A stretch of DNA of 64,000 nucleotides from Callorhinchus milii (Eukaryota). The notes beneath the pieces were generated by a model that saw only the letters and a program-made list of their open reading frames with translations, searched no databases and was not told the origin of the DNA. Where the stretch lies: NCBI RefSeq assembly GCF_018977255.1, contig NW_024704744.1:56296001-56360000 (forward strand), written 5' to 3'. The position numbers and the translations under genes were made by a program. This document shows positions 11,744 through 24,830 of this stretch, in pieces; position 1 is the first letter of the stretch, and each line of letters begins with the position of its first letter.

Positions 11744-14299
11744 CTGGAAGATGTCAGCGAGAGTGTTAGTACTCACGAGTATGGCCAGAAAGCTGTGTTC
11801 TTCACTAAAGCACATCCAGAACTCTCCTACTTTCCCAATATTTGCTAATCATAGCTACTGCTCTATCGGAAGCCCACAAGGTGCACTTCACAGATAGAGA
11901 ACAAATGTAAAACAGCCACACACAAAATATGCAGACTAAATAGGATGGAAAACAAAATCTAAAAACATTCAATAAAAACACATAAAAAATATTTTAGGAG
12001 TTGACATGGCTGCAACCTTTTTTCATGAATTTTCCTATCATATTTTAAATATGTAATAAACATTCACAGGCTTTTTTTTAAAATGAGTTACAAAATATTT
12101 AATGCTTGTGTAATGCCAGTATACATTAGAGATTGCTTATTGTAATCTTTGGTGAGCCCAGAACATCATTGATGTCATGAGGGCAAAATTGCAGTATTCC
12201 TAAACACATTACACAAGGCCAGTATTCTGTGCGTTACTGCAGCAAGGCCTAATACAAACAACAGACAATCCATGGCCTATAAAGGTGGTGCTAGCCCTTT
12301 TCATGCTGTGTTTGCAGTCAGAGTTGATGTTTGAGTTCTTCAGTGCGTGGACTTTCAGTGCTACTTAACAGGGAAACAATATAGCTAAATAAATATTATA
12401 ATAATAATCCTTGCATTATCCTGTAAAGTGACATCTGAAAGGGCCCAGGCACTTCAAAAGAAATAGTTCCATTTAATGAGAATCCAAGATAGAACCCACC
12501 AGCATTTTCAGTCAACTTTGGGTGTTATTATTATTCAGAAGTATTCTAAAACACATTTTAATGAGGATCCTTAAATAAAGAACAAAACAATTAGGAACAC
12601 CACAAGATTGAGCCCAAATAATACAACAATGCGCCTCTCGTATTGCTTCATTCAGCAAAATAACAAGGCAGCAGAATTTGCAGATAATAATCCCCGACTG
12701 TCCAGCATCTTGGGATGCCCTCCCGAAGTGAAAGGCGCTACACAAATGTAATTTGTTGTTATTGCCTTAATAAGCTCTCTTTGATGCCCAAAGCTGTAAT
12801 TAGAAACTCTTCAATGGGAACAGAGCTGCACATCTTCAGTGGTCTCTTACCTATAGTAATTTGAACAAATATCCAAACAAAATATCTATTTCAGTAGAGA
12901 GGAACAAGCAAGTAATGTGGTTCAAAGACTACCTTAGCTGCTTAATCCTGACCTCCAATCATCGATGTTAAGATGATCTTTACAAATGCCTTCTATACCA
13001 GGAATTGAATTTGGATTTATATTATGCTGCGTTTGGACTGTAACTGGGAGAGAGGACATTCAACAACAAGATTTCATTTAGATGTAACATGTAACATTGT
13101 AACATTCAAGGTTACAAGTGGCCAGTCTCTGAGGGGTGGGAGAAGGGGGCCAGGATCACTCTCCTGCCGGTCTTGGAGTCAGGATTGTCTGAGGCTGGGA
13201 AATGGCCAAAGCGTGGACAGCGTGGAGATCATGCTCCCACTGAACAGAGGAGGTGCAAGTGGTGAGGAGCAACCGTACAAGGCTCCCAATGAGGTAATGA
13301 GTCTCCCCTGCAGCCTGTGGATGATTGTTGGGAGATTGAGGGGATGGAAGAAATTTATTCCACAGCTGAGAACTGTGAATGTGGAGAGACGCAGGTGAGG
13401 GAGCTGACATGCCTTGCTGTGGATTTACGCAACACGCTGTTATCTGATTGGTTAGCATTGGGCCCAACAAAATTGACTCTTTTGCTCAGCAAGAAGTGAC
13501 GTAATCAGCTGTTCCGTCCACAACAGTATTATTTGTTACCAAAATCAAAAAGGATCAGAATACTTAAAGAATAAAACTAGTTTGGAGATATTAGATGAAT
13601 ACCCAATCTCCCAAGTGTGTGACCAAACTGATTTGTTACAGGTGCCACTATCTAAGGTGAAAGCACCCTGTGCACATCTTGTATGCAAATATACTTGTGT
13701 CTCTTGTCTTGCTGCACTGGCCATTTTGCTAATAACTTGTATTATGCTCCTGATAAACCAATTTCTTAATGTTAAGATAAAACCTAGCAGAATTTAAGAA
13801 AGAAAGAGGCAACTAAAGAAATAGAGACAGGTGACAAATGTAGAGAATATGGAAGGACTACATAAAGGTCTTAAGAGGGAAAGGTGACAACAGTACGACT
13901 GATTAGAAAGGAAAATAAATGACAATCTAAAAACCTTGATGCTATCATTTAAATTTGGAAAGATTTAAGAATCAATAAAATATATTGCAGGTTACTGTGA
14001 TTAACTTTAAGCTTCAGTATTTTAATAACATTAACCCTTTAATCACCGACAAATTCTTTATTAATAATCACAGATGGTTTCCAAATTCCAAAACACAACT
14101 ACCAAATTAAATATCGCTTAAACTGAAGGATTTGAATTGGCTTCAAACAGCCTGTCGAGTTTCCGACCTGATCTCAGGTGTGGTAATCTCACAAGAAGTT
14201 GAATAATGTTAGCTCCTGGTTCAACTGATCTCTGCCTTTCAGAATAACCACCCTAACAATTGCCCATTAGAGCAAGTTTTTTTTCTTAAAAAAGTGTCT

Positions 14300-14625
14300 T
14301 TGCCCCCAACTTCTGGAATTCCATCCCCCAGTCACTCCACCTCGCCCCCTCAAGACCCTCCTCTTCAACCATGCCATCGGCCACCCCCTCCCCTCCCTTA
14401 TCCCCCCAACCCCAGCTCAGGTCTGAAATGCTGTACTCTGTCCAGCGCCTTGCGACATCCTCCCGACGTGAAAGGCGTTATACAAATGTAATCTTGTTGT
14501 TGCTGTTGTTGTGTCCTGTCAGCAAACACCTTCTGTGGTAACCCATTCCAGCTGTTTTTTATTCTCTGTGCGAAGAAATATTTTCTGGTAGCTGTCCCTC
14601 CATTTCTTGCTGTACTAGCCAATGG
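14300..14625. mobile_element. L2 3' tail (+, ~14300-14510) next to a CR1 fragment (-)
   Basis: cctcccgacgtgaaaggcgttatacaaatgtaatcttgttgttg tail; KYFFAQRIKNSWNGLPQKV CR1-like peptide. Confidence 0.7.
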
Positions 14626-16225
14626 CATCTTAAATACTCTATAAGGAATTTGGAAAAGCACCTTTCAATTCAGGAGAACGTCTCAAAGGGCTTTGCAGGA
14701 CATACTGTAAAGTGTAGTGACACTGTATCATGTAAACAGATGGGATTCTATTTCTACTGATTATACCTAGTAACCAACACACAATTGTAAGTAGTGGAAT
14801 CTAAATGCCTCGACAGCTTCCTATTGGAGTTCAATTCTAATCTGTGAACCAACATAGTTAAAATGGTAATGCGGACCATGTCAACTCTCCTAAAATATGA
14901 AGACCACTGACAACAGGTTATGGTTGATGAAAAAGCTTAATGGCTTTATGACTTCACATGGGACTATTCAGATGTGTACTGCGGGTGATTTACAGTAAGT
15001 GAAAGAACAAAGTAGAAAAAGAAAAAGTGCAATATGAAGTAGTGAATTTAATTTACTGACTAAATCTTAAATAATATGGATGGAAAAGCATACTGGATTC
15101 AGAAAGAGAGGAAATGGTACCTGCTGTGTAATCTGCAGTTCCTATACAGCACTACAAATACTGCTAGTGTTTGCACTGCAAAATCACTGAGAATAAACAC
15201 TTGTGAAACAAGGACACAATATGATCAAAGGGGGATTTTGAAGATATAAAATCACGGGAGCATTGTTTGGGTGAATGGTTTATACAGTAGCTTTCAGAGG
15301 AGCCCCAAAATGCAACTACTACTTTGAACTAATGCCAATAATAATTCCATTTTGCACATTGTTTATATAATCAAGAGAGTATTTATCCAGTTTGGGGTCT
15401 TCTTGTTAGGACAGCTATTGTTTATAGAATGTAGTGGTCATTGTATTGACTGCCAGAACATTCCCCACTCATTACCAAGTGGCATCCTCAATGATGGGTT
15501 AAAACTTGGGACATTGCAGCTGAGAGTTTTATTGGGAAATAGCTGGCAATGGAGAAATACTGTGCACTGTAAAACATTACTTCATTTCTAAAACCAGTAT
15601 GACAGATTTGAGTTGGATCTTCAACCTAAAGAACCTGCACCAAGAAAGTCAAAACATATTAAAAAAAAACCTACACACAAAGTATGATTTTTGCATCACA
15701 AAATATGTTGGTTGTAAAGGTTAGCAAAATAAAGCAAAGAGTAAAACACACACAGTAAACTCACACAGACATTGTCATCTGCATCACAACAAATAGTCAA
15801 CATCAATGCACGTCAGTTTGTAAAGCAACTGAAAAGTTAAATTAGAATACAAAATTTAATGCTAAAAGTCCCTTAGTTGTTACTTGCACAACGACAGGTG
15901 CAGCCATAAAGCCACATTGAATACACAACAAATACTACAGATAACTGTACACCACAGTTTGGCACATCCAACCACTGCAATACTACGCCACTTAAAGGCT
16001 CACAGTTCTTACATCTAGTGTGCCAGTTACTGTGCAAATCCTGAGAGAGAGGCAAAACAGACATGAAGTTGGCTAAAGGGCTTAACGTTTCTAAAAGCAA
16101 AGTAAGAGGTTTTTTTATTGATTAACAACTATGCACAGAGTCTGTAAGTGCAAAAATTGGCAAGAGTTCAGGACCTGTACAGTGCTGACACAATGTAACA
16201 GAGGAAATGGCAGAGTTATAATTAC

Positions 16226-16243
16226 CGCGCTCATGAGTGATGA
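16226..16243 (-). CDS. RYR2: 18-nt microexon VITHER, positional homolog of the RYR1 ASII exon (VINRQN) and RYR3 LIVRER
   Basis: CTAAC/CTAAT branch candidates, long AG-free pyrimidine tract, ctcctcag|TCATCACTCATGAGCGCG|GTAATT; phase 1-1 matches the flanking exons. Confidence 0.8.
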
Positions 16244-17139
16244 CTGAGGAGGGGGAGACAGAACAATTGAAATTAAAAGAAAAAAAAAGATGAGATTAGG
16301 TAGTTAGGAATTATACTCAACTTCATTCTACATTTTATAAGAAATTGGGTAGGTTGAAAGAGGATAAAACAGAATTATAAAAGTCACGCTTTTTTTAAAA
16401 AAAAACAAGAGATTTTTGCTATGCATCAATCCAAAAAATGGTGCATATTCAACAGCTAAAAGATTCTGTGTTTATTTCAGTATAAAAGCAATGAATTCAT
16501 AATGAACAATTCAACACAGAAACAAATGGGTACAAACACACATATCTATACAGATACAATATCTCACTGCACAGGTACACATGTTTAATACATCCCGGTG
16601 TTGTAAAAGTACAAGAAAAATATATTGATTTAATATTTGATGCTAGCCTAGCATGTGTTTAGTTGATTGTTAGCTGCAACCTGGCAACTGCCAACACATG
16701 TTTAACAGAGCGGGTTTGGGCGAATCGTTTGGCTTTCATAACATACTGAAATATAACAATTGTTCTTAGTAATACAATATATATATATAAAAAATAACAC
16801 TCACATGACAATCAAAGAAGTGACAGTTACACCACAATATATTGTGTGACTGTCACACAATATGAAACTAAATAGACATGGAATGCTTCAAAATTAAAAG
16901 TGGAATAAAAAACATCATAAAGAACAAAGAACAATTTGAGCTTCAGAAATAGACAGTCCAGCAGTATGATTGGCTCATGTCAGAGCAACGTCTCCCTCTC
17001 TGGTGATATTTTACATTTGATTTAAACCACTTTTATAACAGTTTATCCATTTTAAGTCTTTTCCACAAATAATATTTTTCAAAACAGAATGCTGCATAAT
17101 GCCAAAGCCTGAATTAAACATGGGACTTCCAGTAACGAT

Positions 17140-17425
17140 AATCCTTGTAGTTAACATGGCACCTCATCGCAATGTCAAAATGTTTCAATGCACTTTACAT
17201 GATTCTACTGCAAACTGCAGTGACTATTTTTAGGTGAATGTAGCAGTATATTTACATGCAGTAATGTCCCACAAACAGACACAAAAAGTATGACCTTTTA
17301 TCTGGTATCTGGAAGAATGTTGGCCAGAACACTGGGAGAAGCTCTCTTGTCAACTAATGCCATGGGTTCTTTACCATCCATCTGAACAAGCAGACAGCAC
17401 CTTAGTGTAACGTCTCACTGAACCA
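17140..17425 (-). mobile_element. Old Deu-domain SINE fragment
   Basis: gtcccacaaacag, gttggccagaacactgggagaa and gccatgggttcttt motifs. Confidence 0.6.
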
Positions 17426-17639
17426 TGGCTAATTTTGCCTTCTCCTAAACCAAAGAGGCACTGAAGTCTTTTGTAGCTTTTCCAATATTGCCCTGAGATC
17501 ATAATGGAGTGCAGATTTGAATCTATAATGACCTATATAAGTATTTTGCAGGAGATTTCAGTTGTTAGGAATACCATCAGAGGACTGTCATTAATCTCAG
17601 AAAGGTTTACTTCACACGTTTGTTGACTATTCCTCCGTT

Positions 17640-17972
17640 CCTCATTACGGTCTGCTCCACGTCCCCCGCCCCAACCACCCTACCATCGGTGGCCGGACTT
17701 CAGCCTCTCAGCCCCTAGGCTCTGGAACTCCATCCCCCAGTGCCTTTGCCTTGCTTCCTCCCTTTCCTCCTTCAAGGCCGGTCTCAAGACCTTTCTCTTT
17801 GACTGTGCCGTCAGCTCCCCTCTCGACTCTCTACCCCCTCCTCGCTCTCTCCCTTCCCTCCCCTCACCCTGACCATTTCCCCCCTGCTCGGGTCCTGACA
17901 CAACTGTCCAGCGCCTTGGGACGTCCTCCCGACGTGAAAGGCGCTCTATAAATGGAATCTTGTTGTTGTTGT
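17640..17972 (+). mobile_element. L2 LINE 3' fragment
   Basis: ggctctggaactccatccccc...ttcaaggccggtctcaagacctttctcttt...tail tcttgttgttgttg. Confidence 0.85.
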
Positions 17973-18333
17973 ATTCACAATAGTGTCTGCAGATTGATCA
18001 TAACTTGTCACCTCTTTATTGATGCAACTCAGCATTGCATGATCATCAACAGTTTTTCTGTGCAGTTCAAATTGCAAGAACACCCCCAAATATTATCACA
18101 CTTTAAACTTTATACAACAACCTGTCAATATGTGCTGCAATCATTAATGACAAAACAGTATTGCTCTGTGAATATCATATTCAAATAGCAATACTCTTTC
18201 GCCATGAATGATTCTAGCACACATTGGCAGGTTGTTGTATAAGATAGAATACTACTGGTAATTTTTTTTGCCTATAATCAATATACAACACATGGAATGA
18301 GAGTAGAATCGTATATACTACTTCAATGTATAC

Positions 18334-18407
18334 CTGAGCCCTCCTCTGTCACCATGCCGAGTCCTTCTGCTTTGTTCTGTCGTTCAAATGCATTTAGGTC
18401 AAGCACA
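18334..18407 (-). CDS. RYR2: RYR2 exon ~84 (74 nt) [25 protein letters not shown]
   Basis: cag/GTATAC; peptide match. Confidence 0.95.
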
Positions 18408-18659
18408 CTGCAATTGACATAAACAAACAATTTGATTCTTTAGCCTCCTGGAAAAAAAACAGCACGTTGACCAGACTTATGTAGGTGACATTTTGCATGG
18501 CTCTGAATTCCTAGCTACATTACAAATGAATGGCAACACCAATAATTTACATTTATGTAGCACCTTTCACATTGGGAGAATATCTCAAAGCTAATGAAAC
18601 ATAAGAATATAGAATATTTTAAACTGGACCAAGAGTGAATGGTTTGCCCTATGAGTGCA

Positions 18660-19080
18660 AACTGGAGGAAGTGGGACTTTCTCCACTGGAACAAAGTTGA
18701 AGGTTATCCTGATGAGTCTTTAAAATTATGAGGGGTTTTGATAATCAATAGTAAGAAATTATTTCCACTGGCCAGTGAGTCTGTAATTAGAGGGCATCAA
18801 CTTAAAATAGTTGATAAACAAGAGAATTGGGAGACAAGGAGAATTTGTTTCATGCAAAGAGTAGTTAGGATAGGGAATGCCTACCGGGCACAGTGGTTGA
18901 GGCAGAATCCATAATGGTTTTCAAGAGGAAACTAGACAAATACTGTCCCTTAAAAAGAGTCAGCTATAGATGTCGGGGGAAAGGGCAGGTAAATGGGACT
19001 TAAAGGATTGCTATTGAGGCCGCCCATACACACGATGGGCCGAATGGCCTTCTGGCACCATAAATTTCTAACGTTCTATG
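18660..19080 (+). mobile_element. CR1 LINE 3' fragment
   Basis: tttaaaattatgaggggttttgat...agagggcatc...gatgggccgaatggcctt...ttctatg. Confidence 0.75.
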
Positions 19081-19370
19081 GACAGATTCATACGTTGTAT
19101 TATGCCACATTGTCACATTTCCAGAACAAGAAAATGGCAGAGTCCAACTGATTCAGTGTTACAGCCTCCACTCTCGCTCCCCACATCCCCCCACCCCCCC
19201 ATAAAAGATTTTGTTTTGAAACAATTTCATCTGAAGGATAAAGCTGGAATGATAGAGCAGAACTAGAGAGCATTAGTTTTTTTTAAAAATTCTCCAAAGA
19301 TGGTAAGTGGGGAAAAGATTCCCAACTATTAATCACTGCACAGCACTCATAGCTTCAAAAAGACCTGCTA

Positions 19371-19585
19371 AGAATATGCTTAACAACAGGTTTGAAAGAT
19401 GGAGACTGATAACAAATATTGCATGGGACAATGGTTTCTATAGAGACTTTGGGGACAAGGGGATTGATTGAGGTGTGAAAGGGAGATGTATAGAGACCAA
19501 AGGATATGCCTCACAACAGCACTGAAAGATGGAGGTATAGGTGCAAACTGAGAACAAATACTGCATGGGATAATGCTTTCTTACA
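19371..19585. repeat. Imperfect direct repeat, ~130-bp period
   Basis: agaatatgcttaacaacaggtttgaaagatggag...aacaaatattgcatgggacaatggtttct vs aggatatgcctcacaacagcactgaaagatggag...aacaaatactgcatgggataatgctttct. Confidence 0.75.
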
Positions 19586-20203
19586 TTCCCTGTGGAGTGA
19601 CTGAGACAACGACTGAACAGCGGTGATGTAGGATTGACTAATGTATTTGAAAGATTGCTGGTCAGGACACCAAGACATTACCTTGGAATCTTTGATGTCA
19701 ATCTGGAAAGGCTGATGGGATCTCAGTTTAACTTCTCATCCCAAGCACAGCAGCGTCAACAATGCAACGCTCCTCCAGCATTCAACTGTGCTCAAAGACT
19801 CAATACAGGGACCTGAACCAAGACTGTTGAGACCCAGAAGAAAGTGAGCCAGGTTGAGACCTTACCCTCCATTCTCTGTGTTAGGAAACAATTCCTGGTA
19901 TGTACCGCATGTTCTGAAATCTCGCTTCACAATCAACTGGAATCAGACTCAATATTTTTTGCTCTCATTGTACGAGTAAAGCACCAGAGAGCTAGTTTAT
20001 ATTTGAAGCAAGAGACTAGACTCTGAACATGTGGGAAAGCATCAACAGCTGATTAAGTCTGACCAGAAGATTTAGTTACAAGAAATATCAAGCAAGAGGG
20101 ACTAGCTGCAATATTCCCAGATCAGAAATGCATCAATTAGAAAATGATATTAAGGAGGTCTGGAATGACCCTGAAATGGAGGTAAAACAAATGGCATTCT
20201 TAC

Positions 20204-20280
20204 CTGCAAGACTGCATGAGACCAGCAAGACTTTGAAAGAAGCCCACATCCTTCTTCTCCTTGAGATAATCAAGCATTTT
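20204..20280 (-). CDS. RYR2: RYR2 exon ~83 (77 nt) KMLDYLKEKKDVGFFQSLAGLMQSC
   Basis: tag/GTAAGA; peptide match. Confidence 0.95.
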
Positions 20281-21050
20281 CTATAGAACATGAAAACCAG
20301 ACTTCATCCAACGGAATTAATTCCACATGTCAGAGATATAACCTCGAGGCTCACTGTATTTCCATATCTCTGCGATAACCATTCCGAGGAATAATCCACA
20401 ATATGGAGTGTGACCAAAAGAAGGCAGATAGAACCTTGTGGCAACATCTATCATAAGGTTTATATGTCAGCCAGCTTCTTGCATGATAGATTTACCGACT
20501 TCTGAGTTAGCAGGGAGTTGCTGCCGCCACCTCCTATATGCTATGCATGTACAGGAAGAGATGACAGCAGCGAACTGTTTACCAGGAAACAGTTGTGGAT
20601 CAAAGGGCACCCGTGTTATAAACAAATCCACGTTATACCATTTGTTGTTTGCATAAGATCTCAGTCTTCCACTTTGAAGTAATTACATTTTATGCGCATG
20701 TTTAATAAACACTTTGGCAGAGATTTGCGAAGCACATGTATTATACACTACATGTAAACTATAAGTAACATATGCTACAATTAAACCATGTGTATTATAT
20801 GCTAGATGTAAACCATGTACATAGAGGGAATTGAAAGTACTCTGAATTATGAAATTAGCTGAACCTTTTCATTGCTTTTTACATCTTGAAGGGAACCTGT
20901 AATTGACTCTGTAATACATATATATTTACACATGGTGCACAATAGACCCAAACTCAAAAATACAACATGAAGAAAAGTCATTTATCAACTATGTGACTTT
21001 CAGTTGCACACATTTCCAGCAATTCCAGTCTTCAATGTAAATAGATTTAC

Positions 21051-21130
21051 CTGCTGAACTGTGGAGTTTCCACCATTGAGAATAGAAATCCCAAGCTTCA
21101 GGGTAGATGCGACCATTGGCCCCATTTCAC
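21051..21130 (-). CDS. RYR2: RYR2 exon ~82 (80 nt) [27 protein letters not shown]
   Basis: cag/GTAAAT; peptide match. Confidence 0.95.
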
Positions 21131-21685
21131 CTGAGATGAAGTACATTCATTGTCAGGTACATTTATTTACACCTCCAACATAATGTATACATCCCATGCT
21201 AAGGTTGAACTCCACCATTCTAACTGCTGCCCTGACTGTGATCGTCTAATTCAACACAGTCAGATATTTGAATCTGCAATGTCCTGGTCTGAATGACCCA
21301 CTGCTCACTGAGTGGTGTCTTTAAAGATGTTTCACTTGTTCCATCTTAGGCCTACTTCTTTGACTATGCTTTTGGTCATTTTCCCCTCCCCACCCCCCTA
21401 GGCTCCCGAGGTGCCAAGCCAGGATTGTTAATTGCCTTAGGACGTCCTCCCGACTTGAATGTGCTACATAAGTGTAAATTTGTACTGTTGCTGTATTACA
21501 CTCTTCTTTCATGACTAACACAGTCCTATTTGGTTTCATCCTACCAAAATACCTATTCTAGTCTTCCCATCACTGAGCATTAAGCTCCTCAGTCTAATGT
21601 ACTGTCCTCAACCACAATTCCTGATACCCTGTTCCAACTCAGGTTCATGTTGACAATCATCCAAATAAACCAGAGTAAGACGACC

Positions 21686-24600
21686 ACAACAACATCAAAA
21701 TTACATTTGTATAGCGCCTTTCATGTCGGGAGAATGTCCCAAGGCGCTGGAAAAACAGTTACAGACCCGAGCTGAGGATCACCATGGGGGAGAGGGGAGG
21801 GCGGAGGGGAAGCAGGGAAATCGAAAGCACGGTCAAAGAGGAGGGTTTTGAGGTGGGTCTTGAAGGCAGCGAGGGAAGGAGCAAGACAGAGGGACTGCGG
21901 GATGGAGTTCTTGAGGGTGGGTGCAGAGTGGCAGAAGGCCCGCCCGCGGGGCGAGCGAGGTGGGGGACGTGAAGCAGGCCGGAGCCCGCTGAGCGCAGGG
22001 AGCGAACAGGGTGGTAGAGGGTTAGGAGGTCGGAGAGGTAAAGGGGAGCAAGACCGTGGAGGGCTTTGAAGGTGAGGACCAGGATCTTGAACTGTATCCT
22101 CTGTGTAATGGGAAGCCAGTGGAGTTGGGGAGGCCAACAAGCAGTGAGTTTGGATAGTTGAGCCTTGATGTAATGAAGGCATGTATGAGGGTTTCAGCAG
22201 CCTGTGGTGTGAGACAGTGTCGGAGCCTGGCGACGTTGCAGATGTGGGGGAAGGCAGAGTGGGTCATGGCGCAGATGTGGGGTAGAAAGGATAGTTGATG
22301 GTCAAACAAGACGCCAAGGTTCCGGACTGGCTTAGTAAGGTGGAGTGTGCAACCATGGATGGTGATCTTGTCAGCACCTGAGGTCAGGAGGCACTGACAG
22401 GAGCCAATCAGGAGAGCCTCGGTCTTGTTGACACTCAACTCAAGAAAATTAGCTCTCATCCAGGACTTGATGTCTGACAGACATTCTGTCAGGACAGCAG
22501 TAGTCCTGGAGTCAAGGGTGGAGGCAGAGAGGTAGAGTCGGGTGTCATCTGCATACATGTGGAAATTGACCCCATGTCTATGGATGATGTCACCAAGAGG
22601 GAGCATATAGATGTTGAAGAGGAGGGGACCAAGGACAGAGCCCTGAGGAACACCACACGAGACGGTCGGGGGCTAGACGAGAAGCCGTTCGAGGAGATGA
22701 AGTGCAGGCGGTGTGAGAGGTACGATCTGAACCAATCAAGGACAGCACCGTGGAGGTTGAGATGAGAGGAGAGGCGGTGGATGAGGATAGAGCAGTCAAT
22801 GGTGTTTGAAGAAGCAGAGAGGTCAAGGAGGACGAGGAGGCAGAGGGAGCCCTGGTTGCAGATTGACAGAATGTCATTTGTCACTTTGACAAGGGCGGTT
22901 TCTGTGCTGTGGGCGGCACGGAAGCCCAATTGGGGTTCGAGAAGGGAGTGATGGGAGAGGAAGGAGCAAAGTAACAACTCATTCCAGGACCTTGGAGAGG
23001 ATAATAATAATCCTTGCATTTGATATAGCGCTTTTCACGTCGGGAGGACATCCCAAAGCGCTTCATGGGGAGGTTGGAGATAGGGTGGTAGTTAGGGAGT
23101 AGAGAAGGGTCCAGGGAGGGTTTTTTTAAGGATAGGAATCATGACAGCAGTTTTTAATGGGGCGGGAACAGTACCAGAGGACACGGAGAGATTAACGATG
23201 TCAGTGAGTAGAGGGGCAAGGAGGTGGAGCTGGGAGGGAAGGAGAGGGGTAGGGATGGGGTCGAGGGAGCAGGTTTCATATGGCTTATGGTGGTGATGAG
23301 AGAGGAGGGGTAGACAGGTTCAAAGGTGTGGAGGGAGGGGTGGGTAGGGGCCGGGGTGGAGGAGGAGATGGGGAGGGGGTAGCAGTTGCAATGGCAGAGG
23401 CAGCTGAGTGGATTCCCTTGATTTGGGATTTGAAGAAGTCCAGCATCACCTCGTATTTGGCATTTCAGGTGAGGATGGGTGAGGGTGGGCGGAGGAGCTG
23501 TGATGGAGAAGAGGAGTCTGGGGTTGTCCTTAGCCTCCAAAATTGTCTTGGAGTAGAACGACGATTTAGCGGAGGCGAGGGCGGAGCATTAGGATTTGAC
23601 ATGGTCCAGTCAAATCTGCCAGTGGTCAGTTAGGTTTGATTTAAGCCAGGTGCGTTCAGCGGAATGCGCCTGGGCTTTAAGGGAGCGGAGGTGTCTGGTG
23701 TATCAAGGTGATTTGCGTGAGTTGGAGACGGTTCTGGAAAAGAGGGGAGCAAGGGAATCAAGAGTGGAGGAGAGGGAGCTGTGGAGAAGGTTGACCGAGG
23801 AGAATAGGTCATTGCGGGAGGACGCCCAGAGGAGAAGGAGTTCAGATGACTCCAAGGCAGCCGAGAGGGAGGGGAGGGAGATTTTTTTTCCAGAGGCGGT
23901 ATGAGTTGGAGGTGGGTTGGGTGGTGGTGAGGAGAGGGATTGAGGAGTTAAGGGCGATGAAGTGATGGTCCAATATCACTTTGTCGATGATGGTAAGGTC
24001 CAAGACGGTGAGGCCCCGAGTGATCACCAGGTCGAGGGGGTGACAGCGAATGTGGGTGGCGGAGTGGATGTGGAGGGAGAGATTGAGGGAGAAGATAAGG
24101 GAGGAAAAGTCAGCAGAGGTAGAGCAGGAGGGGATGAAGTGAAGGTTGAAATTGCCAAGGATGAGGAGGCGTTCGGAGCAGAGGAAGAGGGAAGATAGGA
24201 GGGTGGAGATGTCGGGGATGAAGGTGGGGGAGGGCTTGCGGGGGGCGGTAGATCAGGAGAATTTTGAGGAAAAGGTTGGAGTGGTGATAGAGGGCAAGGT
24301 GCTTAAAGGAAGGGAAAGTTCCAGAGGAGTAAGGGGATAGGCCGAGCGGGGACTGGGAGATGAGAGCCACACCGCCACCACCGCGGTTTGGCCGAGGGGT
24401 GTGATGGAAGGTATAACCAGGTAGTGTGGCCTCAGTCAGGGGGAAGGTGTCACCTGGAGTGATCCAGGTTTCAGTGAGGGTGAGGATGGCGATGTGTTCA
24501 TCGACGATGAGATCTTGGAGGTGTCTGTTTTGTTGGAGAGGGAACGGATATTTTGTAGACCGATAAGGAGGGGACAGTTGGTGGTGGAAAATGGGGCGCA

Positions 24601-24830
24601 AGGCTGGGGAGGGGGGCGGGGACTGATACGGGGGTTAGGGATGTGGATCAGGAAGGAGTGGTTGGCCCCTGCATTCGGGGACCAGTGAGCGTTGTAGCGA
24701 GAGTAGGGGATCAGTCAGTCAGAGTGGCCTCTGTTAAGACAGCCAACGGCCACTCCCACAGAGGATTCGCAGGTTGGAGCAAAGGGAGGCTGTGGGATGG
24801 TCGAACAGGGATAGGAGTCGGGGAGGGCTA
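21686..24830 (-). mobile_element. L2-clade LINE, near-complete but frameshifted ORF2 (APE endonuclease + reverse transcriptase) with 3' tail
   Basis: LTLTETWI...GYTFHHTPRPNRGGGGVAL (APE); [39 protein letters not shown] (RT); [19 protein letters not shown]; (TTG)n-like tail at ~21690. Confidence 0.93.
23001..23065 (-). mobile_element. Short SINE/L2-type 3' tail nested inside the L2 ORF2
   Basis: ataataataatccttgcatttgatatagcgcttttcacgtcgggaggacatcccaaagcgcttca interrupts the peptide YHPISNLP|LSKVLE. Confidence 0.85.

Noticed and set aside
21686-24830. Active or domesticated reverse transcriptase gene
   Set aside because: Multiple frameshifts, an internal deletion relative to the 37157 copy and a nested insertion make it a dead L2 copy
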